DNA of 44,903 nt from a virus. Its lineage: Duplodnaviria; Caudoviricetes. Numbering within the stretch: position 1 is the first letter of the stretch; each line of letters opens with the position of its first letter. The translations under genes were made by a program, and so were the position numbers. Shown piece by piece: positions 1 through 9,126 of the stretch. Under the pieces are notes generated by a model. The model worked only from the letters and a program-made list of their open reading frames with translations. It was not told the origin of the DNA and did no database searches. The DNA lies in IMG/VR virus record IMGVR_UViG_3300011438_000007, positions 1 through 44,903 of that record; one strand, 5' to 3'.

Positions 1-123
1 CTAATTCGTTCTTCTGTGAAGAAGATGGGAGACTCCTTGCAGGCTATAACTCTCCAGCGCCCGCGCTCAGAGAAATATATACTTACGACGATACTACATT
101 TGCCCGTGATGTGGTCTTTCAGA
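1..123. repeat. 123-bp exact direct repeat of 44781-44903 (circular assembly overlap)
   Basis: CTAATTCGTT...GTGGTCTTTCAGA is identical at both ends, and an ORF is continuous in frame across the junction. Confidence 0.95.
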
Positions 124-1679
124 CCTTCCATGATGATGACAACTTGCCACGTAATCGTAAAGATGTCTTTACACTAAAGATCACCGCTGATACTGGTGGC
201 GATCCAGTTGATGTTAGCGTGGCTAAGAATGGATCAGTCCAGTACTACACGGTGATGAATGATGTTACGTTCACAGGACGGGAAGAGAAATTCATCACAA
301 TTGCAGAAACCACAGGTCTAGGTTTAGGTAAGACTTTTAGTGTTAAGATTCAGGGCCAAAGTCTTTCGACGTTCAAACTCTATAACTTTAGCATCGAGTA
401 TCTCCCTAGACCTGAACAGCTTACTTACTTAAGACTGAATTATAGTAATCTCGGAACGGCCTCGCGCAAGAGGTTCGTTAACTTTCCAGTAGAGATAGAT
501 ACGCTTAGTGTTGATTGTGAGTTTGTGCCCATCATTGATGGAGTTGTGTATCCATCCAGTCTCATCAATTTTGGCCGTAAAGGTACACACATTCACTACT
601 TTGATACAGAAGCAGTGGGAACAGATATAGCGGCCATCATATGCGGATTCTTTGAGTTCTACACCGCTCGTTATGACGAGATGATCTCGGAGAAGATGCC
701 GAATCCTGTAACTTATTTAAGGATACCTCAAACTGATTATGGAACACCCAACCGTAAACGTCACTCTAGCTATAAGTTCAGAATCAATACACGCGGAGCT
801 ACGGTTAGACTCACTCCAAGACTTGATGGAGTTAATCAAACTAGTTTCGACTTCTCCACAACAGAACCCACTGTTGTTGAATATCTCTTTACCACCGCTT
901 CAAACTCCGATCCAATTGCCATTAACATTGGCGGTGAGCTTCAATCAACAACCAGCCCAAAAACTCCTTTCGAATTTTATGACGTTATTAAGCCACAGAT
1001 TATAGAAGAACTTCCGCCACGCCTCAAAGAGTTTCGTATCCCTGAAACTAATTATGGTGTGGCATCTAAGAAGAGGATAAGAGTAATCCCATATGAGATT
1101 AATACCAATGGGTCCGATGTTACGTTTACCCCTATCATTGATAATGTTGTTGGTACCCCATCCGTTGTTAATACCAGTACTCGCAACACTGTGTATCATT
1201 ACTTTGATACGGATGTGTTTTGCACTGATATTTGTGGACGCCTCGATGGTGATGAACCGTTTGAATTTTATGGATTGATGAAGCCAGAGGTTGTGGAAAC
1301 TCTCCCAGTTCCTACACGGTTTACACAGATCGGACCACTAAGATTTGACAAACTCGCTAAGTTTCAAGCCTTGCGCGTAAGAACTATCACAACGAACGGC
1401 CCTATACCATTTAAAATCATCATAGAAAACGAGGCAACACTTCCTAGTAGCGCCGCATCATTTGGAGAACACATCGGAATTATTCCAGCGATTACTAATC
1501 GGGATGACGTGTATGAGATCACTCTTCCCAAGACTGTGAACGGAACTATCTTTAGAATCGAGTTTGGTCCTAACGCACTTCCGTTCTATATGTATGATGT
1601 GCAAATCAAGCATGTCTTAAGCGGAATGCAAGCTGACCCTAAGTGGATAAAAGCGTTTAGCTGGAAACCCAATGCTTAG
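1..1679 (+). CDS. 3' part of large tail nozzle / tail tubular B-like protein (begins at 42974, wraps the origin; about 1161 aa in total)
   Basis: Track ORF 111..1679 is in frame with the open frame starting at ATG 42974 (44891-42974=1917=3x639). It lies between the fibre genes and the ejection genes. The C-terminal part contains about 100-aa internal repeats. Confidence 0.75.
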   Translation, partial: NSFFCEEDGRLLAGYNSPAPALREIYTYDDTTFARDVVFQTFHDDDNLPRNRKDVFTLKITADTGGDPVDVSVAKNGSVQYYTVMNDVTFTGREEKFITIAETTGLGLGKTFSVKIQGQSLSTFKLYNFSIEYLPRPEQLTYLRLNYSNLGTASRKRFVNFPVEIDTLSVDCEFVPIIDGVVYPSSLINFGRKGTHIHYFDTEAVGTDIAAIICGFFEFYTARYDEMISEKMPNPVTYLRIPQTDYGTPNRKRHSSYKFRINTRGATVRLTPRLDGVNQTSFDFSTTEPTVVEYLFTTASNSDPIAINIGGELQSTTSPKTPFEFYDVIKPQIIEELPPRLKEFRIPETNYGVASKKRIRVIPYEINTNGSDVTFTPIIDNVVGTPSVVNTSTRNTVYHYFDTDVFCTDICGRLDGDEPFEFYGLMKPEVVETLPVPTRFTQIGPLRFDKLAKFQALRVRTITTNGPIPFKIIIENEATLPSSAASFGEHIGIIPAITNRDDVYEITLPKTVNGTIFRIEFGPNALPFYMYDVQIKHVLSGMQADPKWIKAFSWKPNA

Positions 1680-1929
1680 AGATATCACAACTCTTAACGA
1701 CGCTCAAAAAGCTCTGCGTGACTTGGATGATAGAGTTGCCAAATTATTCATCTCTAACATAGATATGAAAGGTAGAAGAGTTGTAAATGCTGGAGCTTCC
1801 CTTGATAAAGGGGATTACATAACTAGGGCTGAAGTAGAGAGCGCATTCGCTGATTTAAACTCAAGAGTAGAAAGTGTTAAGGCTGAAATAGAGAGAATTA
1901 AAGCCCGTCTTACGGCAGGTGGAATTTAG
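1672..1929 (+). CDS. small coiled-coil virion/tail-associated protein
   Basis: 85-aa ORF overlapping both neighbours, with heptad-like helices. Confidence 0.6.
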   Translation: MLRDITTLNDAQKALRDLDDRVAKLFISNIDMKGRRVVNAGASLDKGDYITRAEVESAFADLNSRVESVKAEIERIKARLTAGGI

Positions 1930-3431
1930 TGTCTGCTATTTATCAAATTAGCGCCATCACCGATCAGTTCTCGATGGGCGGCCAAGACTGCCTCCAATTA
2001 GTTGACTCGACTTTCTATTTGTTTGGTGTGGCGTGGCCCCTCGGGGATTTCACAACTCCAACAATTCAAGTTCTCAAATCTACTGATGATGGAGTTAATT
2101 GGTCGCACGTCGCATACGGACCCACAATTAGGAACTTTATAAATGGAAGTCGTAACACGACTCATAATTGGATAGCGTGTATTCCAAACGGTACAACTAT
2201 CAATATTTTCTACTGTAGTTCAACGGGTGCATCTTCTCAAACAAGTCTAACAGGACTTTTAAGTGAAGTTGATTTTAATACTCTAACCGACGCATTTACC
2301 GGCGGGGCTGTTTCGGACTTTAATCCTTTTGGATATTCATTTAATAATATAGCTACATATACTGAATCTACTCAAAATGAATTTCTTCCTATGATTGTTC
2401 GTAGGACGAGCGCTGGAGTTTATCGTATAGTGATGGCTAATGAGTTTAATACGGTAACACAAGTAAGTGTTTACGCAACTACTACTTATTCTGGTGGTGT
2501 ATTTTCAGCAAGTAAAGCTCCAGTTACTCTTGGGAGTTCATACCCAGGCTCCGTAATTGGTGGTATTATAGATCAGACCACTGATACTTTTACGGTCCTA
2601 TTTAATGATCTCTCATCTGTTCCGTTTCAGGGCGTGCTTAATTTAGACGGAACAATCACGAGACTTCAAGACTTTAGCTCTGGTGATGTTTCATTCGCTA
2701 AGTTCTTGTATTTGGACTCTAATAAAGTATACATAAATTGGGCCTATAGACCGTCATCATCGGATTTCGCAAGCATCTTAAGTGGGGCTTCTAATTCTGA
2801 TCCTATCACGCTAACTAAAGAGGATGTAGATTCTACTCTTCCAGTTGGAAATACGTATACTCAGAATCCGCAAACTGCAATCTTCAATAATGGCGATACT
2901 TGTTATTGTTCTTTCTACTTTGCTAAGAAGGTAGGTGCTACTCAGATGCATCTACTTAAATCTTTTAAAGTAGGTGCATTCTGGCAAGCGTATAATATAG
3001 AAGCGTTATTTAGTGACGCAACTGTTGATGTGGATACTAATGCGCTATTCTTTAATTATTCAGCCGTATTTCATGGCGGAAATAAGTTTAGTATGGTCGC
3101 TGGTGGGAATTTTCTAGAGCGGTTGATCGCGCTACCTCCAGCATATCCAGTGTATTTCGCGCGGGGAGATATATCTTTCCACTCTTCGTGCATCACTGTA
3201 GTTAATTTAAGTATTCAAGTAAGTGATACATTAGCTTTTGCAGATCATATTGATGTTCCTGTCCCATCAACTCCAGGTACTGGAACTGTAGTTCATAATT
3301 GTCCTGATGTTATAATCTCTAGTGCATATTGCGCTAGCATAAAGACCGCGGTTGATGAAGAACCACTGCTACATGATTGTGCAGATCAAGTGTTCGCTGA
3401 GACTGCTCAACCTTGTTTAGAGATGGAATAA
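1929..3431 (+). CDS. putative tailspike/receptor-binding protein, beta-propeller-like
   Basis: 500 aa, rich in S/T/N and aromatic residues. Contains an Asp-box/BNR-like motif (STDDGVNWS) and a Cys-containing C-terminus, in tail context. Confidence 0.5.
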   Translation: MSAIYQISAITDQFSMGGQDCLQLVDSTFYLFGVAWPLGDFTTPTIQVLKSTDDGVNWSHVAYGPTIRNFINGSRNTTHNWIACIPNGTTINIFYCSSTGASSQTSLTGLLSEVDFNTLTDAFTGGAVSDFNPFGYSFNNIATYTESTQNEFLPMIVRRTSAGVYRIVMANEFNTVTQVSVYATTTYSGGVFSASKAPVTLGSSYPGSVIGGIIDQTTDTFTVLFNDLSSVPFQGVLNLDGTITRLQDFSSGDVSFAKFLYLDSNKVYINWAYRPSSSDFASILSGASNSDPITLTKEDVDSTLPVGNTYTQNPQTAIFNNGDTCYCSFYFAKKVGATQMHLLKSFKVGAFWQAYNIEALFSDATVDVDTNALFFNYSAVFHGGNKFSMVAGGNFLERLIALPPAYPVYFARGDISFHSSCITVVNLSIQVSDTLAFADHIDVPVPSTPGTGTVVHNCPDVIISSAYCASIKTAVDEEPLLHDCADQVFAETAQPCLEME

Positions 3432-3446
3432 GAAAGAGAGTTTAAG

Positions 3447-4175
3447 ATGGCCGCTTTTGCCTTTCCGCTAGCGATGATGGGAATTTCAGGACTCGCTGGC
3501 CTCTTAGGAGGCCGAAAGAAAACTAACACTCAAACTCAGACGAGTACAACAAATCAAAGCGGTACTGATTCGTTTGATAACTCGTCAATGCCCGTCTTGA
3601 CTCCTGAAGCGCAACGTGCTCTTGAAGTGTTGATGCCGATGCTTCAAAATAGAGTTTCTCAAGATCCCGACCTACGGGGGTATAAAAGTGAAGGTTTAAG
3701 AAATATAGGCCAAGAAGGTATAGGTGCAAGAGCGAAGCTCGCTCAAATGATAGCCCAACGCGGCTTAGGTAATTCTCCCGCTGCTGCTGGTTTATTTGCA
3801 CGCCAGGGAGATCAAGAAGCTACTAGCGCAACTTCTTTCCAAAACTCAATTCCACTTCTTGCTCGCCAATTCCAGGGTGAAGATCTTGATAGATTAATGA
3901 AAGTTACATCTATGCTTCCCACTGGAATGCACCAAACTGGAACGAGGAACTTCAATAGCACTGGAACCACTAATTCGACCGGAACTATGACAGATCCCGG
4001 AAATCCTTGGGGCGGCCTAGTGAGTGGTTTAGGCCAAGGACTTGCTTCTACTTATGGATATAATTGGGCGCTAGATCAGCAAAGAAACAGAGGGATGAAT
4101 CTACCTGTGCGGCGGCCCATAAATGCTGCTGGTGGGTATAATCCAGTCTATAATTCTACTGGTGAAGAGTACTAG
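3447..4175 (+). CDS. putative DNA ejection (internal virion) protein 1
   Basis: Hydrophobic G/A-rich N-terminus, T/Q/S runs and a GGLVSGLGQG segment. First of three ORFs of increasing size after the tail genes, as in P22 gp7/gp20/gp16. Confidence 0.6.
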   Translation: MAAFAFPLAMMGISGLAGLLGGRKKTNTQTQTSTTNQSGTDSFDNSSMPVLTPEAQRALEVLMPMLQNRVSQDPDLRGYKSEGLRNIGQEGIGARAKLAQMIAQRGLGNSPAAAGLFARQGDQEATSATSFQNSIPLLARQFQGEDLDRLMKVTSMLPTGMHQTGTRNFNSTGTTNSTGTMTDPGNPWGGLVSGLGQGLASTYGYNWALDQQRNRGMNLPVRRPINAAGGYNPVYNSTGEEY

Positions 4176-4182
4176 GTGAAAT

Positions 4183-5535
4183 ATGGCGTTAAATCCCATC
4201 ATAGAAGCGTTTATCACAGCGCGTGAGCAGGCCGCGCGGGACTTCAACAATAGCGAGAATCGTAAGTTCCAAGCGGAACAAGCACAAGAGCGATTCAAAC
4301 AAGAGTTGGAGATCCAAAAGAATAATCTTCAACAAGAGAAGGCACTTAGAGAAGCCGAGTTTAAACTTCGAGAAGCAGAACATGCGCAGCGTAAAATCTT
4401 TGGCGAACGCGGCCAAAGTGCTGACGCGGCCAAACTCACCACCGAACTAATTACTAAGGGTTTAATGAAGCAAACCATTCCTGGATTAGTTGGGAATGAG
4501 AATGCTCCAGTTGGACAAATAGGCCAAATGGATCAAATGCTAACTCAAATTCCATCGCAAGCCCCTCAAGTTGGAGCAATTCCCAACGCCGCACCTGTTG
4601 CTGGATTCTTTCCTGGGGGTGAGGAAGAAGCAAGAAAATTCATTGGTTCTGTAACTCCATACGAGCAAGTCCAAGAGCAAGAACTTCAACAAAAGGCAAT
4701 GCTTCAGGATCTTAAAGATGCTGAGTTCATGTTTCAGCAGCGAATTAAAGATAAGAGTGCGGAAGAGTTAGAGAATCTTAAAAATAAAGGTAGACTTGGA
4801 GTTGCTAGAGAACAAGGAAAATCTCGTGCTGAGATTGCAAGTTTGGATCGTGACGCGGCCAACGCACGAAACTCTGAGACTAATCGTGTAAGACTTCAAA
4901 TTGCTGGAGCTAGACTTGCATCTAAAATCAAATCCGATGGCGGGGCCGATGTTCCAATTCAAGACTTAAATAACTTTATTGACGGAACTTTTAGCACTAA
5001 AGAACTCGCCCTGTATCCCTCTAAAGAGCGTCTTCGCATCATAAATGGAATGAACGCCCAAGGTTACAAACCATTAACTCCAACCGATCAAACTGCGTTA
5101 AGTAGGATGGGAGTTATCAATCAAACTGTTAGAAATGCTGAGAGACTAGCTGAGTTGTATAATGATGGCTATCGTAAGAATGCGGCTGAAATTAGTACAC
5201 TAACTTCTTCAATTAATGCTGTTCTTGGTAATGTTTCGCGTGGAGTTGCAGGTGAAAAGGGTGTTCTAACTCAACCAGATATTGATCGAGTTAGACAGAT
5301 TTTACCTTCTTGGTATGGGTCTATCATGACTGATGTTGCTTCTGCTTTAGGTGGTAAGGGTTACGATATAAATCGAGAGAAAGTTAAACAGCTTAGACAA
5401 TATACACAAAATACTTATGGTCCTATATTTCATGGGAAGCATCCTGAACAAGCTAATATTTTAATGTTCAAAAATAATGCTGAAGGACTCTACACTCCAC
5501 CTAAAATTCAGTTACGCGCCACTCCTCCTGAGTAG
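4183..5535 (+). CDS. putative DNA ejection protein 2
   Basis: 450 aa, Q/E/A-rich coiled coil; synteny. Confidence 0.55.
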   Translation: MALNPIIEAFITAREQAARDFNNSENRKFQAEQAQERFKQELEIQKNNLQQEKALREAEFKLREAEHAQRKIFGERGQSADAAKLTTELITKGLMKQTIPGLVGNENAPVGQIGQMDQMLTQIPSQAPQVGAIPNAAPVAGFFPGGEEEARKFIGSVTPYEQVQEQELQQKAMLQDLKDAEFMFQQRIKDKSAEELENLKNKGRLGVAREQGKSRAEIASLDRDAANARNSETNRVRLQIAGARLASKIKSDGGADVPIQDLNNFIDGTFSTKELALYPSKERLRIINGMNAQGYKPLTPTDQTALSRMGVINQTVRNAERLAELYNDGYRKNAAEISTLTSSINAVLGNVSRGVAGEKGVLTQPDIDRVRQILPSWYGSIMTDVASALGGKGYDINREKVKQLRQYTQNTYGPIFHGKHPEQANILMFKNNAEGLYTPPKIQLRATPPE

Positions 5536-5543
5536 AGGTTAAA

Positions 5544-7706
5544 ATGCCAGAGAAAACAGCGAATTACATAGGGCAAGAGCATATCTCTAAAAGTGGAGAT
5601 AAGTGGTATTACCGAGAATTGCCGAGTGGAGAAAAAGGGTGGAGTCCAGAGCGGCCAACTGAAGAAGAGATTATTGCGGGATCGCGTGGAAGAGGTAACT
5701 TAGGTGGAACCTCTTCAGATAAAGAGCGAGCTAAGATAGTTTCTGAAGCAAAAGAATCTGGACTTTCTAATCTTGCGCTAGATACTGCGATCTCAGTCGG
5801 TGGTGATCTCACCACACTTGGAACGCACAGACTCATTCCTAAAGGCGTAGAACGTGAGGGGGTCAAAAAGGGGGCCGCGTTCCTAGCACAGAAGCTCTCA
5901 GGACTCACAGGTGGGTACTTAGGAGGAGAAGCGGCGTCAGCCGCGATGGGACGTGATGACTCGGACGTGATGTTTAGAACGGGCCTAGATCGTGCGATGG
6001 GTCAAGTAATAAATTACGGGATGGGAAAAGGTGAGAAAGTATTAAATCGAACCATTGATGCTTTCACCGGATCTACACCTGTGACGGGCGGCCAATATTT
6101 TAAAGGTGTAGTTGATGACGTACTTCCTCATCCTGCTAAAGTTCTTCGTGAGAAGTTGTTGAAGCGTGCATTACGTAATTCTCCTCCGACTCCGTCGCAA
6201 GTTAAAGACCTTGGGGAAGTTGTGGAGTTTGGTGAGAACTTTAATTTACCTACTCCTACTGCGGGTGGACTCTTTAAAGTAGATCCACGCCTTGCTGGAG
6301 ATGTAAAGCGATCTGGGCTTGGTAAATCTATTCAAGAAGGTCAAGATGCGGTAGTTAGGGATCTTCTAGGAACTAAGAGTGCTGAGATTCTAAATACTGG
6401 ATCTAATTTTGAAAGAGCTAAACTAGTTCAAGATACACACAGAGCTTATCGTAAAGAACGTAAAGCACAATTGAATCAGAAGTTCAGTGACTTCGATCAA
6501 ATGATGGAGCAGACTCAAATTACTGTTCCAATTCCAGTACCTGGGATTAATCCAGCTACAGGACAGCCTTATCAATCTACTAAGATGGTTACTATAACCG
6601 GACCTGTTGACATTACGCCATCAATTCAAGAGATGGAGCCTCTTTCACAGGCTATTGCAGTTTTAGAGTCTCAGGGGAATTTGATCGGTCAGTCGGGCCG
6701 CCACGCCTCAAAACTGAAATCACTCTTTGATAACCTCTCAAATACACCTAAGATTAATGATAGGAGTATCGCTGACTACAACACGGTTAAAGAGATTCGA
6801 GCTGAGTTGAGTGACTTCGTAAATAGCATTCCTTCAGCTAACACACATAAAGCTCAGATTAGTGGAGTTGCAGCTAAACTCAGAGCAAGTCTTTCTAAAG
6901 ACACGGATACCTCACTCATGGATCAGAGCATATATGACCCTCAAACTCAAGCCAAGTATGCTGAAGTGAAGGCTTTCACTAAAGAAAATGCTGGGATTCT
7001 AAAATCTAAGTTGGCCCTTGGGGCCGCGGCCAACGAAGACTCTCCGAATCAAGTAACTGGAAAGCAGTTTGATAAAAATCCAGAAACTCTTGTGATGAAT
7101 GCGATAAAATCAGGTAGAAATGGACTAGATAATCTAGCAGTTATGCTTCCTCCTGGAGATCGTGATCTAGCTGGTGCTATTTATATGAAGCATGGATTAG
7201 ATCAAGCACTAGATCCCAAAACTGGGATGTATGATTCAACACGTTTAAATAATTTCTTCTTTGGTGCTAATGGTGTTGGTGCTGGCGCGTTGGAGAGTAA
7301 TGTATTTACGTCTCACCAACGAAAAACAGTTAGACAATTCGTAAAGTATATGCAAACCCATGAAGCTCTTGCGAACCCAACTAGTTCTGGGTCTGCATTA
7401 GAGAATACCGCAATTAAAGGTGCGGTGTATCTAGGAACTGCTGGAGTTGGAAAGTTGATGGGACACACTTTCGGCGCCGGTGGTGCGGTTGGTGGTGCCC
7501 TTGCAGCTGGTATTCCCATAACTCGTGACTTTCTTGAGGATGTTTTAATGGACCCCGAAGGGGGAAGGAAGATTCTCAACTATATTCACGCTCCAACTAC
7601 TAAAGCTAAAGCAAATAATCTTCGGGATCTAATTGAATTCACGATTCGAAATGGGGCTAAAGTTGTGCTTCGTGCCCCTAACGGAGAAGAGGTAGAGAAG
7701 AACTAA
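5544..7706 (+). CDS. putative DNA ejection protein 3 (large)
   Basis: 720 aa, helical, with a G/A-rich membrane-like segment near the C-terminus (GAGGAVGGALAAG). Last late gene. Confidence 0.55.
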   Translation: MPEKTANYIGQEHISKSGDKWYYRELPSGEKGWSPERPTEEEIIAGSRGRGNLGGTSSDKERAKIVSEAKESGLSNLALDTAISVGGDLTTLGTHRLIPKGVEREGVKKGAAFLAQKLSGLTGGYLGGEAASAAMGRDDSDVMFRTGLDRAMGQVINYGMGKGEKVLNRTIDAFTGSTPVTGGQYFKGVVDDVLPHPAKVLREKLLKRALRNSPPTPSQVKDLGEVVEFGENFNLPTPTAGGLFKVDPRLAGDVKRSGLGKSIQEGQDAVVRDLLGTKSAEILNTGSNFERAKLVQDTHRAYRKERKAQLNQKFSDFDQMMEQTQITVPIPVPGINPATGQPYQSTKMVTITGPVDITPSIQEMEPLSQAIAVLESQGNLIGQSGRHASKLKSLFDNLSNTPKINDRSIADYNTVKEIRAELSDFVNSIPSANTHKAQISGVAAKLRASLSKDTDTSLMDQSIYDPQTQAKYAEVKAFTKENAGILKSKLALGAAANEDSPNQVTGKQFDKNPETLVMNAIKSGRNGLDNLAVMLPPGDRDLAGAIYMKHGLDQALDPKTGMYDSTRLNNFFFGANGVGAGALESNVFTSHQRKTVRQFVKYMQTHEALANPTSSGSALENTAIKGAVYLGTAGVGKLMGHTFGAGGAVGGALAAGIPITRDFLEDVLMDPEGGRKILNYIHAPTTKAKANNLRDLIEFTIRNGAKVVLRAPNGEEVEKN

Positions 7707-7724
7707 CCCGCGAAGCGGGGTTAG
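7703..7724. terminator. hairpin at the convergence of the two transcription arms
   Basis: CTAACCCGC-GAA-GCGGGGTTAG spans both stop codons (7706 and 7721). There is no U-tract. Confidence 0.55.
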
Positions 7725-8899
7725 ACCTCACTCTTGTTATAAATCTCAAGACATCTCGGTGTCATCTGATAATATATCTTAGGTTCTGCGATTATAGTTA
7801 CGATCAATCCCGCTTGCTCAAGTGTACTTACTAGTTTATCTAGTTCTTCACTTGTGATTTGATGCCAATGATCCAGAAGCACTTGCTTACGATCTAGTTT
7901 ATAGTTTGGTGCTTCAAATAATGCTGTTAACAGGATGGCCCCCGCCGATGCTTGTGTTCCTTTTCCGCTACTCATTGCATATGCCTCATAATTCGCCCGT
8001 AGAGATGTCGTTTGCACGATAGCCTCTTCCACGTCTGTCACTCCTATTTCCATTTCCCCTCTTGCTGCCGCAAGGATCATTGCGATTTTAAGAACTCCTG
8101 CGTGTATTCGGTGTGTCACTCCTGTTCTATCTTTAATTTTAGAGTACGACTTGTATAAGTTGTTGTACCACTTCTCATAGAATGTTATAGCGTCCTCGGT
8201 GAGTTTGAATTGGCCGCTCATGGCTCCGATGATTTTGAGACTTGCGAGAATAGCATCTTTACTACACTTCTCTTCGGGAATTCGCAACAACGAATTACTT
8301 TCTCTGCGTTCGTCTGGTTTAATCATGAAGGTGCGGCCTAAGAGTCCACCATATACGGCTCTGTTATCATAAACTTCTTTAAGAAATGTCTCATTAGATG
8401 CTGCAAGCATCGTGATGCACATATTCTTGATGACCACCGTCTCACTCTTTAATCCATATTCAAATACCTCCTTAAAATCATACATATCTGTGAGTATTGG
8501 GACGCATTGTGGATCTTCCACGAAGAATGAAGCCAACTCCTCAGCTACAAGAATCGCACTCCCTCCTTGAATTGTTACTCCTGACGCATAAGAAGATGGC
8601 TTATTTTGGCTCAAGGCTTGAAGGATCTTTTGAATTGAATTACGTCCTGAGAAGACTTTGGTCTTTCCTGACTCATTCAGAAGTGATGTTGCCATGAGCG
8701 GTCCACCGCTTTTACGATATTCCGCAGAGTCAGCTAAGAGCACTACATAAATGTTCGGATATATTCTTCTAAGTCCTGCCTGGATATGGACATTATTTCT
8801 TAGCGTGGCGGCTACCACCGCATAAGCACTCCATCTCCAAAATGATGTAGGAGATTCATATTCGCTAGTAAGAGTAATGAAGTCATTTATGAAGTTCAT
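7721..8899 (-). CDS. DUF3987-like P-loop replicative helicase with C-terminal winged helix
   Basis: ESPTSFWRW N-terminus, PNIYVVLLADSAEYRKS (deviant Walker A), EELASFF (Walker B) and GGLLGR; adjacent to the polymerase. Confidence 0.65.
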   Translation of the reverse strand: MNFINDFITLTSEYESPTSFWRWSAYAVVAATLRNNVHIQAGLRRIYPNIYVVLLADSAEYRKSGGPLMATSLLNESGKTKVFSGRNSIQKILQALSQNKPSSYASGVTIQGGSAILVAEELASFFVEDPQCVPILTDMYDFKEVFEYGLKSETVVIKNMCITMLAASNETFLKEVYDNRAVYGGLLGRTFMIKPDERRESNSLLRIPEEKCSKDAILASLKIIGAMSGQFKLTEDAITFYEKWYNNLYKSYSKIKDRTGVTHRIHAGVLKIAMILAAARGEMEIGVTDVEEAIVQTTSLRANYEAYAMSSGKGTQASAGAILLTALFEAPNYKLDRKQVLLDHWHQITSEELDKLVSTLEQAGLIVTIIAEPKIYYQMTPRCLEIYNKSEV

Positions 8900-9126
8900 T
8901 ACACTCCCCCGTATGGATCTTCTTTTCTCATCTCCATCGCGTCATACTCTTTTCCCTCGAATGAGTTTAACGTCTCTTTACTGAATTCAATGATCTTCAT
9001 GTCGGGGTTGTTACTTACTACTGCTCTAAACGTGAACTCCTTGTTCTCTACAACTGTAGCCCATAAGTTATTTCTTAAACGATAAGTATCGCCGATTCCC
9101 ATAACAGATTCCCTTCTAAACGTCAA
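8899..9126 (-). CDS. hypothetical protein
   Basis: 75-aa ORF translationally coupled to both neighbours. Confidence 0.6.
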   Translation of the reverse strand: MTFRRESVMGIGDTYRLRNNLWATVVENKEFTFRAVVSNNPDMKIIEFSKETLNSFEGKEYDAMEMRKEDPYGGV

